NCBI RefSeq assembly: GCF_006345805.1 | Contig: NC_042999.1 | Span: forward strand, 104,594,001 to 104,658,000 | Direction: 5' to 3' | Source of the DNA: Octopus sinensis | Lineage: Eukaryota | DNA length: 64,000 nt | Part shown: positions 1 to 12,790 of the stretch, piece after piece | Layout: every line of letters begins with the position of its first letter | Position numbering within the stretch: position 1 is the stretch's first letter | Translations under genes and position numbers: made by a program | Notes under the pieces: model-generated | Databases searched by the model: none | Seen by the model: only the letters and a program-made list of their open reading frames with translations | Told to the model about the DNA's origin: nothing

Positions 1-374
1 TAAGATTTCTGTTAGCTAAGGCGATTGACAACCTCCATTGACAAATTCTTTTCCGTAATACGCAAGAAATAATTTTAACCTTTTAATCTCGACTATAGTT
101 AATGGAGGCCCGGAAGAAATGATCAGATATTATCGCAAGATAAACAGAACAATCGTTTTGCAAAAATCTAATCTTCGGTCTTGTTATAGTTCTGATAATA
201 ATGCCTTTCTAAGACAACGACTTTTCAGTGGTAGAACAGTTGATTATATTCTTGTCTGAAAATTTGATTGGTACTAATATTGTATCAGCCTTGAGAGGAT
301 AAATGATAAGTCAACAGCTCGGCATTATTTGAGCTTAGAACATAAATAAACCGGCGTTACTAATTACCGCCATG

Positions 375-1357
<983 letters not shown>

Positions 1358-1858
1358 ATGCATGTGTATTTTTTCAATGTGTACAAATAACACGGAAAAA
1401 ATGAATAGTTACCAGGGTAGCAAAAAATTCACATAAGTACCAAGGATGTTACGGCCTACTTATAAAGGTAGAAATTCCAGAGTTTAGTGAAATATTTTTG
1501 TATAAAAGATAAATAAAGAAATTGAGTTAAACGCGGATAAATAACAGATAAATAAAGAAATGGAGGTAAACACAGGTGTTATTCAAGTAAATACAAGAGA
1601 ATTATAGGATTACTGGTAAAAGTGCAATCAGGAAACAAATTGTTGGCTTTTTTTGGTTTTTTAATGATTTTTTTAATGTTATCTTACATTATGTTATGTT
1701 ATATTCATAGTATATTATGTCATATTATAATATAAATACATTATTGGATTGTCATTTAATATATTGTTTGTAATTTGCATTATATCCATATTATTTATGT
1801 AGTATTCAACTGACGTACCTGTGAATTTGATGTTTTACACATCCCTTTGAAGTTTGTT

Positions 1859-1942
<84 letters not shown>

Positions 1943-2690
1943 GATTTTGAAGAAGCTGTTACTAAACATTATAGTAAATAGTAAAAGTAGTGCCTAATGC
2001 ATCAAGGTAAGATGCCCCTTTGATGACGTTGATATGTGGGTATATAACGGAATCGGGCACCCTATGCAACTTAAACTGGATGATTGTTACCATTATATTA
2101 AAGTCAACTGACAACTTGTAACCGTCAAAATCCGAAGCTTTTATTGGAGAAGCACATAAAAGAAAGTGTGTATTCGATATAAAAATGGAAACTGACTTGT
2201 ATCCCCAAAAGCCAATTAATAATGTCGAAGATGTGTGAGATATTTGTTCGATCTTCCTTTTGAGTTTGCAAGTACGAACACATGCATGCATATTCATATA
2301 TTAAAAATAATCACACACATATTCATTACCGAAGAAGCATGTATACAAGTTACATAATGTTTTCAGGAAAAGAAAATGACCAATGCATTCAGAACAGTAA
2401 AATTACGCAAGGCTTTTCTTAAGTTAAGTAAACTTCATCCAAATTCTGGTGACACACCCTTTTCTATGATTAAAAACAAACTCTTTCTTTGTAGGAAGAA
2501 TTCAATTACTTAAAAAATATAGGAAAAACACATATCTATTGTATATTCGTACTACTTACAAACGCTAATACACGGACGTTTATATACTTCTAAACACACA
2601 TAAAAGTACACTGATTAATAAATAGTTTGATAAATATACAGTTATAGTTGTGAACTGTATTTTCAAAAAGAAGTTGAGAGAAAGAGAGAG

Positions 2691-2739
<49 letters not shown>

Positions 2740-3865
2740 AAGAGAGAGGGGAGGAGAAAAATGGAAGTTTAAACGGTTGAAAAATAAAGAGATGGTAATG
2801 AGAATAGAATGACAAATTTTAGTGACGGTAATTTTATATAATTCACGAAGATCTTTACGAAAGTATACAAAGTAAGAAAAAACAAACAGAGATGCAAAAG
2901 ACATTTAGTTGTATGTCTTGGGAATAATGTATCATTTTTGTTTTTCTATATTTGTTTTGTTCAAATATTCTGGATGGTAAAGTAATCCTCACGGGAAATA
3001 GAAAAATTGGAGATCAGTTTTGATAAAAGATGTCTGAATTTGTTTATACATGACGTATTTTGTATTTGACGGCCTCTCCTGTTGAGAGCAATGTCTGGGC
3101 ACTCAGTAACAAAACAGAATTACGTATTAGTACTAAATAACCTATAAGAATTCGTTTTAAGCAGAGTTAGTTTGCATACAGTCTATTCTTCTACCGCTTC
3201 CGAATTGTATAAACGAAATTGGCATACAATGTTCCACATGCAAGACACAAAACGACGCATGCTAACGAAGATACAGAAGCAAAACACAGACAGGTAATAT
3301 ATAAAATTCTCGTTACCGAGGTTTGCCTGCATCACAGGCACAAACCGGAATATACAAAATTACATATGTAACTGCCTATGACACACCGCACCTTACTGCG
3401 ATGGCATGATGTTTCAAATTCTAACTACAAGTATAATTTGCGTTACCCTGCGATGGTCTTGAAATTTTGGAACTGGTTTGTAGAAGTTTTTCTAGCATTG
3501 GGCATAGGACGCAACTTCCTGTGTCGTATCTTTCTAGAAATTCATCATTTAAGAAAGCGGCCTCCCCTCACTGTTGCTATACAGTACATGTTAGATTCAG
3601 CCTGTCTTTTAACTGGTATTATTTTTATCTGCTGAGTTCCTGATATATCTTGTCAGGAAACGATAGAGGTGGTTTAGTCATCGACGATAATATGTTACAA
3701 GTAGTACTTACGAGAACTAAGTAATATCTAAAAGTAATGTTTGTTTACACTTCGGTGTAGGCCACTGTTTTTCAATAGCTAAAACTTTGCATAGATCGGA
3801 GAGCATAAGCTATGTAACGTTTTCTGAAATTTATTTTTAGTTCCTGTAAGAAAACTGATAATATT

Positions 3866-4272
3866 GTGTCTCATGGCTTCTGATCTTAACTGATTGGAAG
3901 TGTTATCATGTACATTGTTTTGTCGTGGTATAAAAAATGGGCTACAGCAAATATTCTACTCAATGCCACAGATTTACTTGTCAGTTGTTTGACCATAACC
4001 AGTTGAGCATGTCCCTTAGCGGCTGACGATATGTGCAACTCTGACCACAAGCAGAAGTAGTGGGGGAGCATCATAGCCATGTGTCGAGAGGAATTTTTTG
4101 GGGTTTGAATAATTCACCTCTGCAAACATGGGTGTTTCGTTCAACATCCTTAAACAACCCTTATTCAGGGACCTTTTGAGCGGGATGGGTTACTCGACCA
4201 GCAGAAAATTATAACTGGGTCCCACCTGCAAGGTCATGTGCTGTTTATCTTGATATGAGATCACCATGTGCG
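3866..4272 (+). mobile_element. Unclassified ~560-bp repeat, copy 1 (truncated at both ends)
   Basis: Colinear with 20781-21338 from CTCATGGCTTCTGATCTTAACTGATTGG to GAGATCACCATGT. Confidence 0.9.
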
Positions 4273-4439
4273 GATTCCCGCAAATAAAAGCTACACTGAT
4301 CTCGAAGAAGTTTGAGCTGAGAACGTAAAGAGCTAGAAGAAATACCGCTAACGATTCTCCCAGTTTGTCGCCCCAAAGCCTTCAAATTTTGGCACAAAGT
4401 CAGTAGGTATAAGAGGAGGGGAGGGATTATTCCGCACCA

Positions 4440-4582
4440 TCGACATTAGCACTTGATTGGTTCTCTATTTCATCGACCTCTGAAAGAAGAAAGGTAAAGC
4501 TGAGCTCGGTGGAATTTGAACTCATAGTGTAAGAAGTCAGTAGAAATACTGCTTGGCATTTTGCTGGACGTTCTAACGATTG
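4440..4582 (-). mobile_element. Degenerate tRNA-derived SINE (family with GCCTTTCATCCTTTCGGGGTCGATAAA core)
   Basis: Reverse-complement match to the head and core seen in better form at 15624-15856. Confidence 0.7.
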
Positions 4583-4650
4583 TGATAATGAGGATGATGA
4601 TTATGATGATGGTTATATGATACTTACATACATACATGCATACACATATA

Positions 4651-4691
<41 letters not shown>

Positions 4692-4818
4692 TCACTCATA
4701 CACACACTCACTCTTACACACACGTGCACACAAACACGCATACACACGTATATATACATATGCTTATGTTATTGTTTAAGACAAGAACTACAAAACTTCA
4801 TAGCGAACTCAACGTATG

Positions 4819-4851
<33 letters not shown>

Positions 4852-5028
4852 TGATTGCAGCAGTTGTATTTATGCCCCTCTCCCCTCCAAACATTGTACT
4901 TTTGTTTCTCTCTTTACAAGCTCATAATGTTCTTGATTTAAATAACAATTGCCCATACAACTTTGTATGCGGTTTCGAAAAGTTTTGAACCGAAAATATA
5001 TTTTATAAGAAGAATACACACACACACG

Positions 5029-5060
<32 letters not shown>

Positions 5061-6312
5061 ATACAGATATTTGCGCGCGCATACACGCACACACGCACAC
5101 ACACAAACACACAAACACATTCTTAAATGTACTCAAGTTATGAACAATTCAATCTCACCTTGTGAAAGGTGTTTTGTTGGAGCAATTTAAATGAATTTCC
5201 GGAAGACAGGTTATTCTGCACAAGGTCAGTAGTTGGCTCAAATTTTCTTGTGGAACAATTATTTCTAAAAGAAATCACTTCACTAACAGAATTTTATGAA
5301 AATTGGTCTGTTGATGCGGTACTTGCCTGGGTCATCATAAGACACCATATTTGTTTCATGCGTAAAAAGATTGTGAAAACATCGCTCATTGGTTTATCTA
5401 TTGTCACCGATGCATGGCGATGATGATTGTAAGTTATATCAATTAACAGAGTTAATCTCACACATCTATTTCTATCTCTAACGTTATAAATGGTTTTAAA
5501 TTTCCAGAGGCTCCACTCTCTCTTGTACGACTGACTGATATAAAGGTGAGAGAAGTATAAAAATCACATATATGCGTATGTCATTTGGTACAAAAGCATT
5601 AGAGTACTCTACGAACTAAGAGATATGAGAAAGTGGCGTAGAGGTAGGTGGGGTAACTCACATATCTAGAACTAGCTACGATTTCTAACGCTGTTACATA
5701 AAAGTAGTACACTCTCTGAACTACATTAACTTTATATATAATGAAATATCTCATGTGGGTTTAAGTTCAAACATAATTTCGGTTAAGACCTTAGATGCAA
5801 TTCTAGAAAGTGGATGGAGAATTGCTTTTAGGTCAATACCATGTTGTGCTCGTAATGTGAGGAACAGGGACATAACTTTGCACTAGATAACATTGTAATT
5901 CAATATCTTAATCAATAAGAATGGTGTGTGACACAATGACACACTCACTCATGCACATAATGACTCACTCACTCATACACATAATGGCACACTCACTCAT
6001 ACACACACTCCCTCAGGCATACACTCACTCTTGCACACACACACACACGTGCACAAACACGCACACGAATAACAAGAAAAACTACAAATCTTGATAGGGA
6101 ACTCAACGCCTCGAAGATGGAGTAGTTACTTAACGTAAGTTTGATTGGAACAGTTGTATTTATGTTTCTCTTTCTTTAAAACTTCTACTCTTATTTCTCC
6201 TTTTCCTAGTTCATCATGTTGATTTAGCATTGTATTTCAATATTTTAATTCATAAGAATGGTGTATTACAAAATCAGTTAGTGTTTCAGGCCCAATACAT
6301 TGTGGTGTTTAG

Positions 6313-6380
<68 letters not shown>

Positions 6381-7329
6381 ATATATATATATCATTACAT
6401 TCTGAGTTCCAGTCCTACCTCGGTCAACTACTATTTACCATCCGGTATTATATACCAGTTAAGTACAAGAGTGGATATAATCAACTGTTTCCTTCCTGAA
6501 ATGTTGTGGCCTGGTGCTTTCGATTTTGCTCAATAGTATCAATATCAAATTACTGTTAAATAATCACTTACACTAATGTAATAGTCTTGCATTTAATATC
6601 AACTACAGACATCATAAACTTTCATTTAATCTCTGATGTCTTTGAACAACAGAATGAAATTGATATAACGACACTACATCTATCATCACCGTAGTTCAGT
6701 AGCGATGCTTAAGCAATTTTTCTACCTATGAAACCAATAAAAAGTCAAATCGTGTCTTATGACCCAGACATTACCGCATCAACGAACCAATTTTCATAAA
6801 ATTCTGTTAGTAAAGTGATTTCTTTTAGAGATAATTTTGATACAAGAAAATTTAGGCCAAATGCTGACCTCGTGCAGAATGGTCTGTTTTAAGGAAATTC
6901 AATTAAGTTTCTCTAACAAACACTTTTCACTAGTTAAGATTGAACTATGGATAAGTCGAGTTCACATAAACCACATTATAAAAGATAATTAGTTATTGTT
7001 TGGTCAGAGTTCAATTAAAATAGACCACCAATTAAAAAAAAACAAACTTTCATATTCATAATTATTCATTTAAAGTTAGCTGTTAGAAGAGAGGAAACTT
7101 GAAAATATTTTGATGAATTTTATAAGTTTAAAATTATTAAACTGAAAATAGAAGAAATATTAGTTTTATTAAATTTCGTATGGACAATGATGGCATGAGT
7201 TCTACTTTGTACACATGAATTTCGTTGATTTTATGAGTTTTTCTGAATGTAGGTGCGTGCGTTTAATAATATCAACATATAAAAATGTGCACAAGTCTCT
7301 TTCGTGTGATGAAGTTTCATAATATTCTT

Positions 7330-7440
7330 TTTACAATAGGCACATGCTCTGGCATTTGCGGATGGGGAGCTATCAGTTACATCAACCCTAGTGTTCAACT
7401 AGTACTTATTTTAGGCGGAATTTGAACTCAGAACGAACGA
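7330..7440 (-). mobile_element. Truncated SINE of the same family
   Basis: ATCAGTTACATCAACCCTAGTGTTCAACTAGTACTTATTTTAGGCGGAATTTGAACTCAGAACG, with an internal deletion relative to 17824-18032. Confidence 0.65.
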
Positions 7441-7630
7441 AATAAGTTTTCATCATCAGCAACATATATCCAAGTAAAATAATGATAATAATAATAATAA
7501 TCTAGGGAAAGGTCTGGAGTTTATTCCTGAAGTTTGATACGTAAAATGCAAAAAGCATAAATTGACATAACAATAACGCAATACCATATTGCATTAATAT
7601 CTTATTATTATATTATTATTATTATTATTA

Positions 7631-7668
<38 letters not shown>

Positions 7669-7789
7669 TAATCAGAACCATTTGATTCGGCTCTATGCGA
7701 CCTCGCTGGCTCTTACAGAAAATTTAAGTCGCATAGAGCCAAACAAATTGTTTTAAATAATAATAATAATAGTAATAGTAATAATAATA

Positions 7790-7890
<101 letters not shown>

Positions 7891-7893
7891 AAT

Positions 7894-8822
7894 GGAAGTA
7901 AGAAGGTCAGGCTTGCGTAGGATGGAAGATTGCAAAGATAAAGTACTGTATAAGCACTTGAGAATGAATGAATGAAACTGAAAATAAGTAAAGAAAAGAA
8001 TGCATGGACAATTTCATAGTGATGTTAAAGATAAGACAGGAAGAGAAAAAAGATGACTATGGATGACTAAAAGTGATTTAAAAGCGGAAACGGAGGCTCT
8101 AATCTGTGCTGGCAGGAGCGAGCACTAAGAACGAATTACATCAAATACAGAGTTGACAAGACATCAGAAAGTGATAAGTGAAGAATTTGTGGACAAAATG
8201 GTGAAACTGTATGGCATATTACCAGTCAATGTACGCCATTAGCCTAGAAAGAATATAAGGGACGTCATGACAATATAGCAAGGATTGTCCATTGGACACT
8301 TTGCAATAAGTAGTGACTTGACAGAGCAAAAAAGAGTTACGAACATAAACCCGAAGGCATCATCGAAAATGATAATGCAAAGATCCTGTGAATTTTATGA
8401 TTCAGTGCAACCATGAGATAGAGAATAGGAAGCCAGACATAGTGTTCATTGAGAAAGAAAGAGAACGATGCTGGATCATAGATATAGTATGCCTAGCTGA
8501 CAACAAGGTATGCGATAAGGAAGAAATATAACTCGATAGATATGACAGGTTAGCTTGGGAGGATAAGCAGTTGTGGTCGTTGAAAAAGGTGGTAGTAGTA
8601 CCAATAATTATCGGAGCCCTGGTGACAGTGAGTAAAAATCTTGAGAAGTACATGGGACAAATAAGGGCTGTAGTAAGGGGTGCACTTGCAGAAAGCAGAA
8701 CTGCTTGGAACCGCTCGAATATTCCGGATGGTGACCGAAAAATAAGGGGTGTTACCTTAGTTCATTGGTAGTGAACAGCTGGCACCGTAGTACATCTCCA
8801 GCGTTAGAAGCTGTGCAAAAAC
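7894..8822 (+). mobile_element. Dong/R4-clade non-LTR retrotransposon, 5'-truncated and degenerate (zinc knuckle + REL region)
   Basis: Broken frames read MHGQF, AETEALICA, RTNYIKYRVDK, RICGQNGETVWHITSQC, RHDN and PIIIGAL. Flanked on both sides by (AAT)n arrays. Confidence 0.88.
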
Positions 8823-8825
8823 AAC

Positions 8826-8865
<40 letters not shown>

Positions 8866-8867
8866 GC

Positions 8868-8913
<46 letters not shown>

Positions 8914-8918
8914 TTAAC

Positions 8919-8945
<27 letters not shown>

Positions 8946-8949
<4 letters not shown>

Positions 8950-9489
8950 TTTATAATTATAAGCATAATTATAATTAGGTTTCAGCAAATTGCTTCACCA
9001 CATACCGAAATTTAGAAACACAGTTAAGAACTATTCCTCTACCATAAGATATCTCCCAGAGAGCAATACTCCCAATTCACGTAGGCAAAGAGAAAAAAAT
9101 AACGAATCCACCCGGCTTTGATTAAATTTTTAAAATTTTTACTCACTTATTTCCTTGTTCAGTGTAGGAAATAAGTGAGTAAAAATAAAAATTTTACATC
9201 TCATTAATCCAGAAACGCGTATGCAGTGAATCAAAGCCGGGTGGATTCGCTATTTTTTCTCTTTGCCTACGTGAATCGAGATTATTGCTGTCTGGGAGAT
9301 ATGTTATGGTAGAGGAATAGCTTTTAACTGCTATTTCTAAATTTCGGTATGTGATGAAGCAATTTGCTGAACCCTAATTATAATTATGCTTATAATTATG
9401 AAATTTTTGCATAAGGTTACCGATAAAGGTTATTGCAACATACCGAACTACTTGGTAAAATTATTAATTATCAATTAATTAATTAAATT

Positions 9490-9495
<6 letters not shown>
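8946..9495 (-). mobile_element. Fold-back Penelope-like pseudo-LTR: 178-bp inverted arms with a nested 21-bp hairpin
   Basis: Arms 8946-9123 and 9229-9406. Inner hairpin 9135-9155/9166-9186. GAAACGCGTA at 9212-9221 resembles the right half of a minimal hammerhead. The 9407-9495 end is homologous to 846-920. Confidence 0.7.
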
Positions 9496-9553
<58 letters not shown>

Positions 9554-9729
9554 ACTGAATTGCGAATTTATGATGACAATTATTACTCCAAACCGAATTT
9601 AAGAAGAGAGACTCTCCAGTACCGAAAGAAAAGATATTGTACAGACATATAGCAGAAAGTGTCTTAAACATTAAGAAAGTTATCGCACAGACAGGAGATC
9701 AGAATAAAACGTTTGGATATTTTTGAGAA

Positions 9730-10200
9730 GGACTCCAGGAAAAGAAGTATCTCCCCAGGACGTATCCGGTTCAGCGGATGATAATAGCGGTGAAATTACA
9801 CAAATATACAAATAAGCCGAACAAGAAGAGACACGTGGGATAGGGAAACGCTGAAGAGGTCACAGAATGTGTGACAAAAGAGCCTTGACAAAGAAACTAA
9901 AATGATACTAAAACTGAAATAAAAACCATATATATCTAAATATAAATATCTGGAAACGTAGGGATTAGAGCCGGAAATAACCTGTAAAATAAAGGGTGCC
10001 TTGGGGATGCTTAAAAGTGTATAGATAGATATATAATCAAAACCACAGGGTTTACATGTATAAACAACAGGCAGAAAAATAGCATTACTGGACACAGTGC
10101 AGTTATTGTATAAGATTCCTTCGATACAATACAAACCAGAAAACCAAAACAAAACAGTTATGTAGCTGAAGCACACCGAACTGTTGAGGGTCGTGTACTG
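9730..10200 (+). mobile_element. Highly degenerate Dong/R4 3' end
   Basis: Decayed QEKK..LxDVS, KYKYLE, GALGMLK and QKIALLDT, which match the C-terminus of the better copies in the window. Confidence 0.6.
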
Positions 10201-10319
10201 GGAGTATACAATAAAATAAAATGACTTGTGAAAAAAAAAGAGGATGACTATGAAGAAACTTACAGAATAATAACATGTACTTTTATAGCATCGAATCAAT
10301 ATTGTAGTCTCAATAGGAA

Positions 10320-10870
10320 ATAATCGAAAATGAACATAAATGGAAATTTAGACTTTTGGTAAGACAGAACGATATACACAATGATAACCAATATCGACGA
10401 AAGCATTTAAAAGCAATCGTTGGAATTTGTAACAACAGAAGACCAAGTAGTACTTGTATAGAGATATGCAAAACTATCATTATTGAATTAAAAATATATT
10501 GACTGAAAAGAGAAAAATTGACACCTAACAAAATAAAAAAAAATATCCTTGCGCAATTAAATAATACCATGTTATGTCTTTGAAAACATGACAAAATATA
10601 TGACATAATTCTATGTTTAAAAAATCTAAAACGATGGTAATGCACCAGAATGCTTCATACTAATAATCTGGTTGTCAATTAAAGTAGCAGTAGTAATACA
10701 ACGTTTATAGCAAAGATTTCTTAAATATACTTAGAATTACAAAAATATAATGCCAGCAGAGTAAAAGAATATACTAGAACGATAGCAGAAGAACTAATAG
10801 ATAGACCAAGTTGTTATCATTGTAGAAAGTAGCATATATTCTAATAGTGATATGAATAGAATATAGTGAC
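10320..10870 (+). mobile_element. Probable L1/Tx1-type ORF1 remnant (gag-like zinc knuckle)
   Basis: Stop-interrupted frames include LLVRQNDI...IVGICNNRRPSST and IDRPSCYHCRK*HI, a decayed CX2CX4H knuckle. Confidence 0.4.
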
Positions 10871-11297
10871 CTACGATATGAATTGACAAAGAAAGATATT
10901 AAATGAGAACTATATAAGCGTAAAAAAATTAGAAGAGCACATAAATTCTCAGATTAAACGAACAATGTTAGACACAAAGAAATGAAGAAGATTAAAATAG
11001 AATTCTACGAGCCAATTAGCTTACCATTAGCTTGATACCAATATCAATATAATTAGTTTAATTCTCTTGAAGTTCCAGTAATTAGTTATAGCTTCTATAA
11101 AATAAATTCAAATTAAGTTATCTACAGAGATGGGTAAACATAGAAAGTTCATTTAGGATTCGGGATTTACCTTAGAAGATATAAGTTTGATACGCTATTG
11201 CTCTCAGAGATTTCAAGACTAAAGACATTAAAAAATAGAAAACTACTATTAAAACTAAATTCTTAAAGAAGGGTGTTTATCAGGTTATTTTTTTCTC

Positions 11298-11598
11298 GCT
11301 CTTTTCAAGCCTAGCCAGGCTCATGGGCCCGGTTTCTCGATTTCTATGGCGTATGTGTTCCGCCCAGCTGGACTGGACGCCAGTCCATCGCAGCGTTACT
11401 CAAGAAACAGGAAGAAAGAGTGAGAGAAAGTTGGGGCGAAAGAGTACAATAGGGGTCACCCCACCCTGCCGGAGCCTCGTGAAGCTTTAGGTGTTTTCGC
11501 TCAATAAACACACACAACGCCCGGTCTGGGAATCGAAACCGCGATTCTCCTACCGCGAGTTCGTGGCCCTAACCACTGGGCCATTGTACCTCCCTACC
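11298..11598 (-). mobile_element. tRNA-derived SINE with a MetaSINE-like central domain
   Basis: Minus strand: A-box TGGCCCAGTGG, B-box GGTTTCGATTCC, then GCTGCGATGGACTGGCGTCCAGTCCAG...ATAGAAATCGAGAAACCGGGCCCATGAGCC. The Meta-domain resemblance is from memory. Confidence 0.75.
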
Positions 11599-12049
11599 AG
11601 GTAATACATTTTGCATTTTAGAATAGATGCTTCAATATCACCTTAACTTTGGATTAACTTCCACCATCTGTAAATAGTTACGATGTTGAAATGTAACTTA
11701 CTGTTGTAAGTAGCAGAATTTTTGTAGAACTGACGATAATTTTGACTTGCTGTACTGCTTTCGAATATTATCCGGAGTGTGTATTGCAGTCATAGTTGTT
11801 AATTAAGTATCGTTTATTAATGCACCTATTAATGAGTATTTTTGATCGTGGACCGGGAAAGAAATGACCGATTCTATCGCTTCAAAATAAAATTAAATAC
11901 TAGTTGCCTTAAATAAAATCTCCATTTTCCTCAAAAACCGAAACCCAAATCTGGTGTTTTCGGGGAATCAGATCTCAGTTAAGTATGAGTAAAAAGGCCA
12001 AATGTAGCGATAATAAATTTATCACTGACAATAATGATCTTACATTGTA

Positions 12050-12420
12050 CGACGGCAAGAGAAGGAATCAACGTAGAATCGACTACACCAATCTCAATAC
12101 TGAGAACCCTCCAGCAGAATTAATTTACATAAGAGAAATATCATATAGTTTAAAGCACTCTTCGGAATTTATGTAGCCTCAAATATCTCTGAAATAATTT
12201 TAGTGCATTGGATAAGCATTTCCCCTCTCAAGTCGATATTGTAAGACATTCAGTAGACTTACTGTGAAATCTGCGTTTTCAACTACATATAATCTTGCTG
12301 ATAATACAGCAGGGATTAAGAATTTGAAACTAAAAACTATTAGAAATAACGAATGTACATTTAAATATTCATGTAGCAAATAGCTCTGCTGTAATTAATA
12401 CATCTCTGTCCCAGATAAAT
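12050..12420 (+). mobile_element. Penelope-like element remnant (RT thumb to GIY-YIG linker)
   Basis: ENPP, LDKHFP and (after a frameshift) KTFSRLTVKSAFSTTYNL resemble the PLE motif WFNPP...DKHFP...KIFNRNTVKxSYS. Confidence 0.6.
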
Positions 12421-12623
12421 GATGATAACAACTCTGCACTATCTCCTCATAGTAATAACAATAATACTATGAAAATTAATAAGATTTCTTTCTGATAACA
12501 AACTTAATAGTGTATCTGTAGGAATGGTGCTAAATCCCCTTTAAGTAATCAATGTCTCAAAAATAATTTGATACATAAATACTCTGTCAAAACGCCTAAT
12601 ATTGCCCATTATTACGTGAGTGT

Positions 12624-12790
12624 AAGGCGGCGAGCTACCAAAATCGTTAGAATGCCGAACAAAATGCTTCGCGGCATTTCGTCTGTCTTTACATTCTGAG
12701 TTTAAATTGCATTGAGGCTGACTTTGCGTTTCGTTGTTTTGGAGTCGATAAAATAGGTACCAGGTGAACACTGGGGTTAATGTAATCAAC
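12624..12790 (+). mobile_element. tRNA-derived SINE, degenerate
   Basis: GGCGGCGAGCTACCAAAATCGTTAG...TTCTGAGTTTAAAT...GTCGATAAAATAGGTACCAG; colinear with 15624-15856. Confidence 0.8.

Noticed and set aside
3886-4080. Repeated ORF MAMMLPHYFC...KGHAQLV (also 22237..22449)
   Set aside because: It is the antisense frame of the 560-bp repeat. The longest copy has an in-frame TGA after codon 11, and I recognise no protein family.
11520-11598. tRNA-like A/B boxes here and at about 15630-15710
   Set aside because: No cloverleaf, and they continue directly into SINE bodies, so they are SINE heads rather than tRNA genes.
12271-12337. Apparent minus-strand exon with good AG/GTAAGT signals (FKFLIPAVLSARLYVVENADFT), phase-compatible with the 24.8-kb candidate
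   Set aside because: It lies antisense to a recognisable Penelope remnant (DKHFP..KTFSRLTVKSAFST), which explains the open frame.
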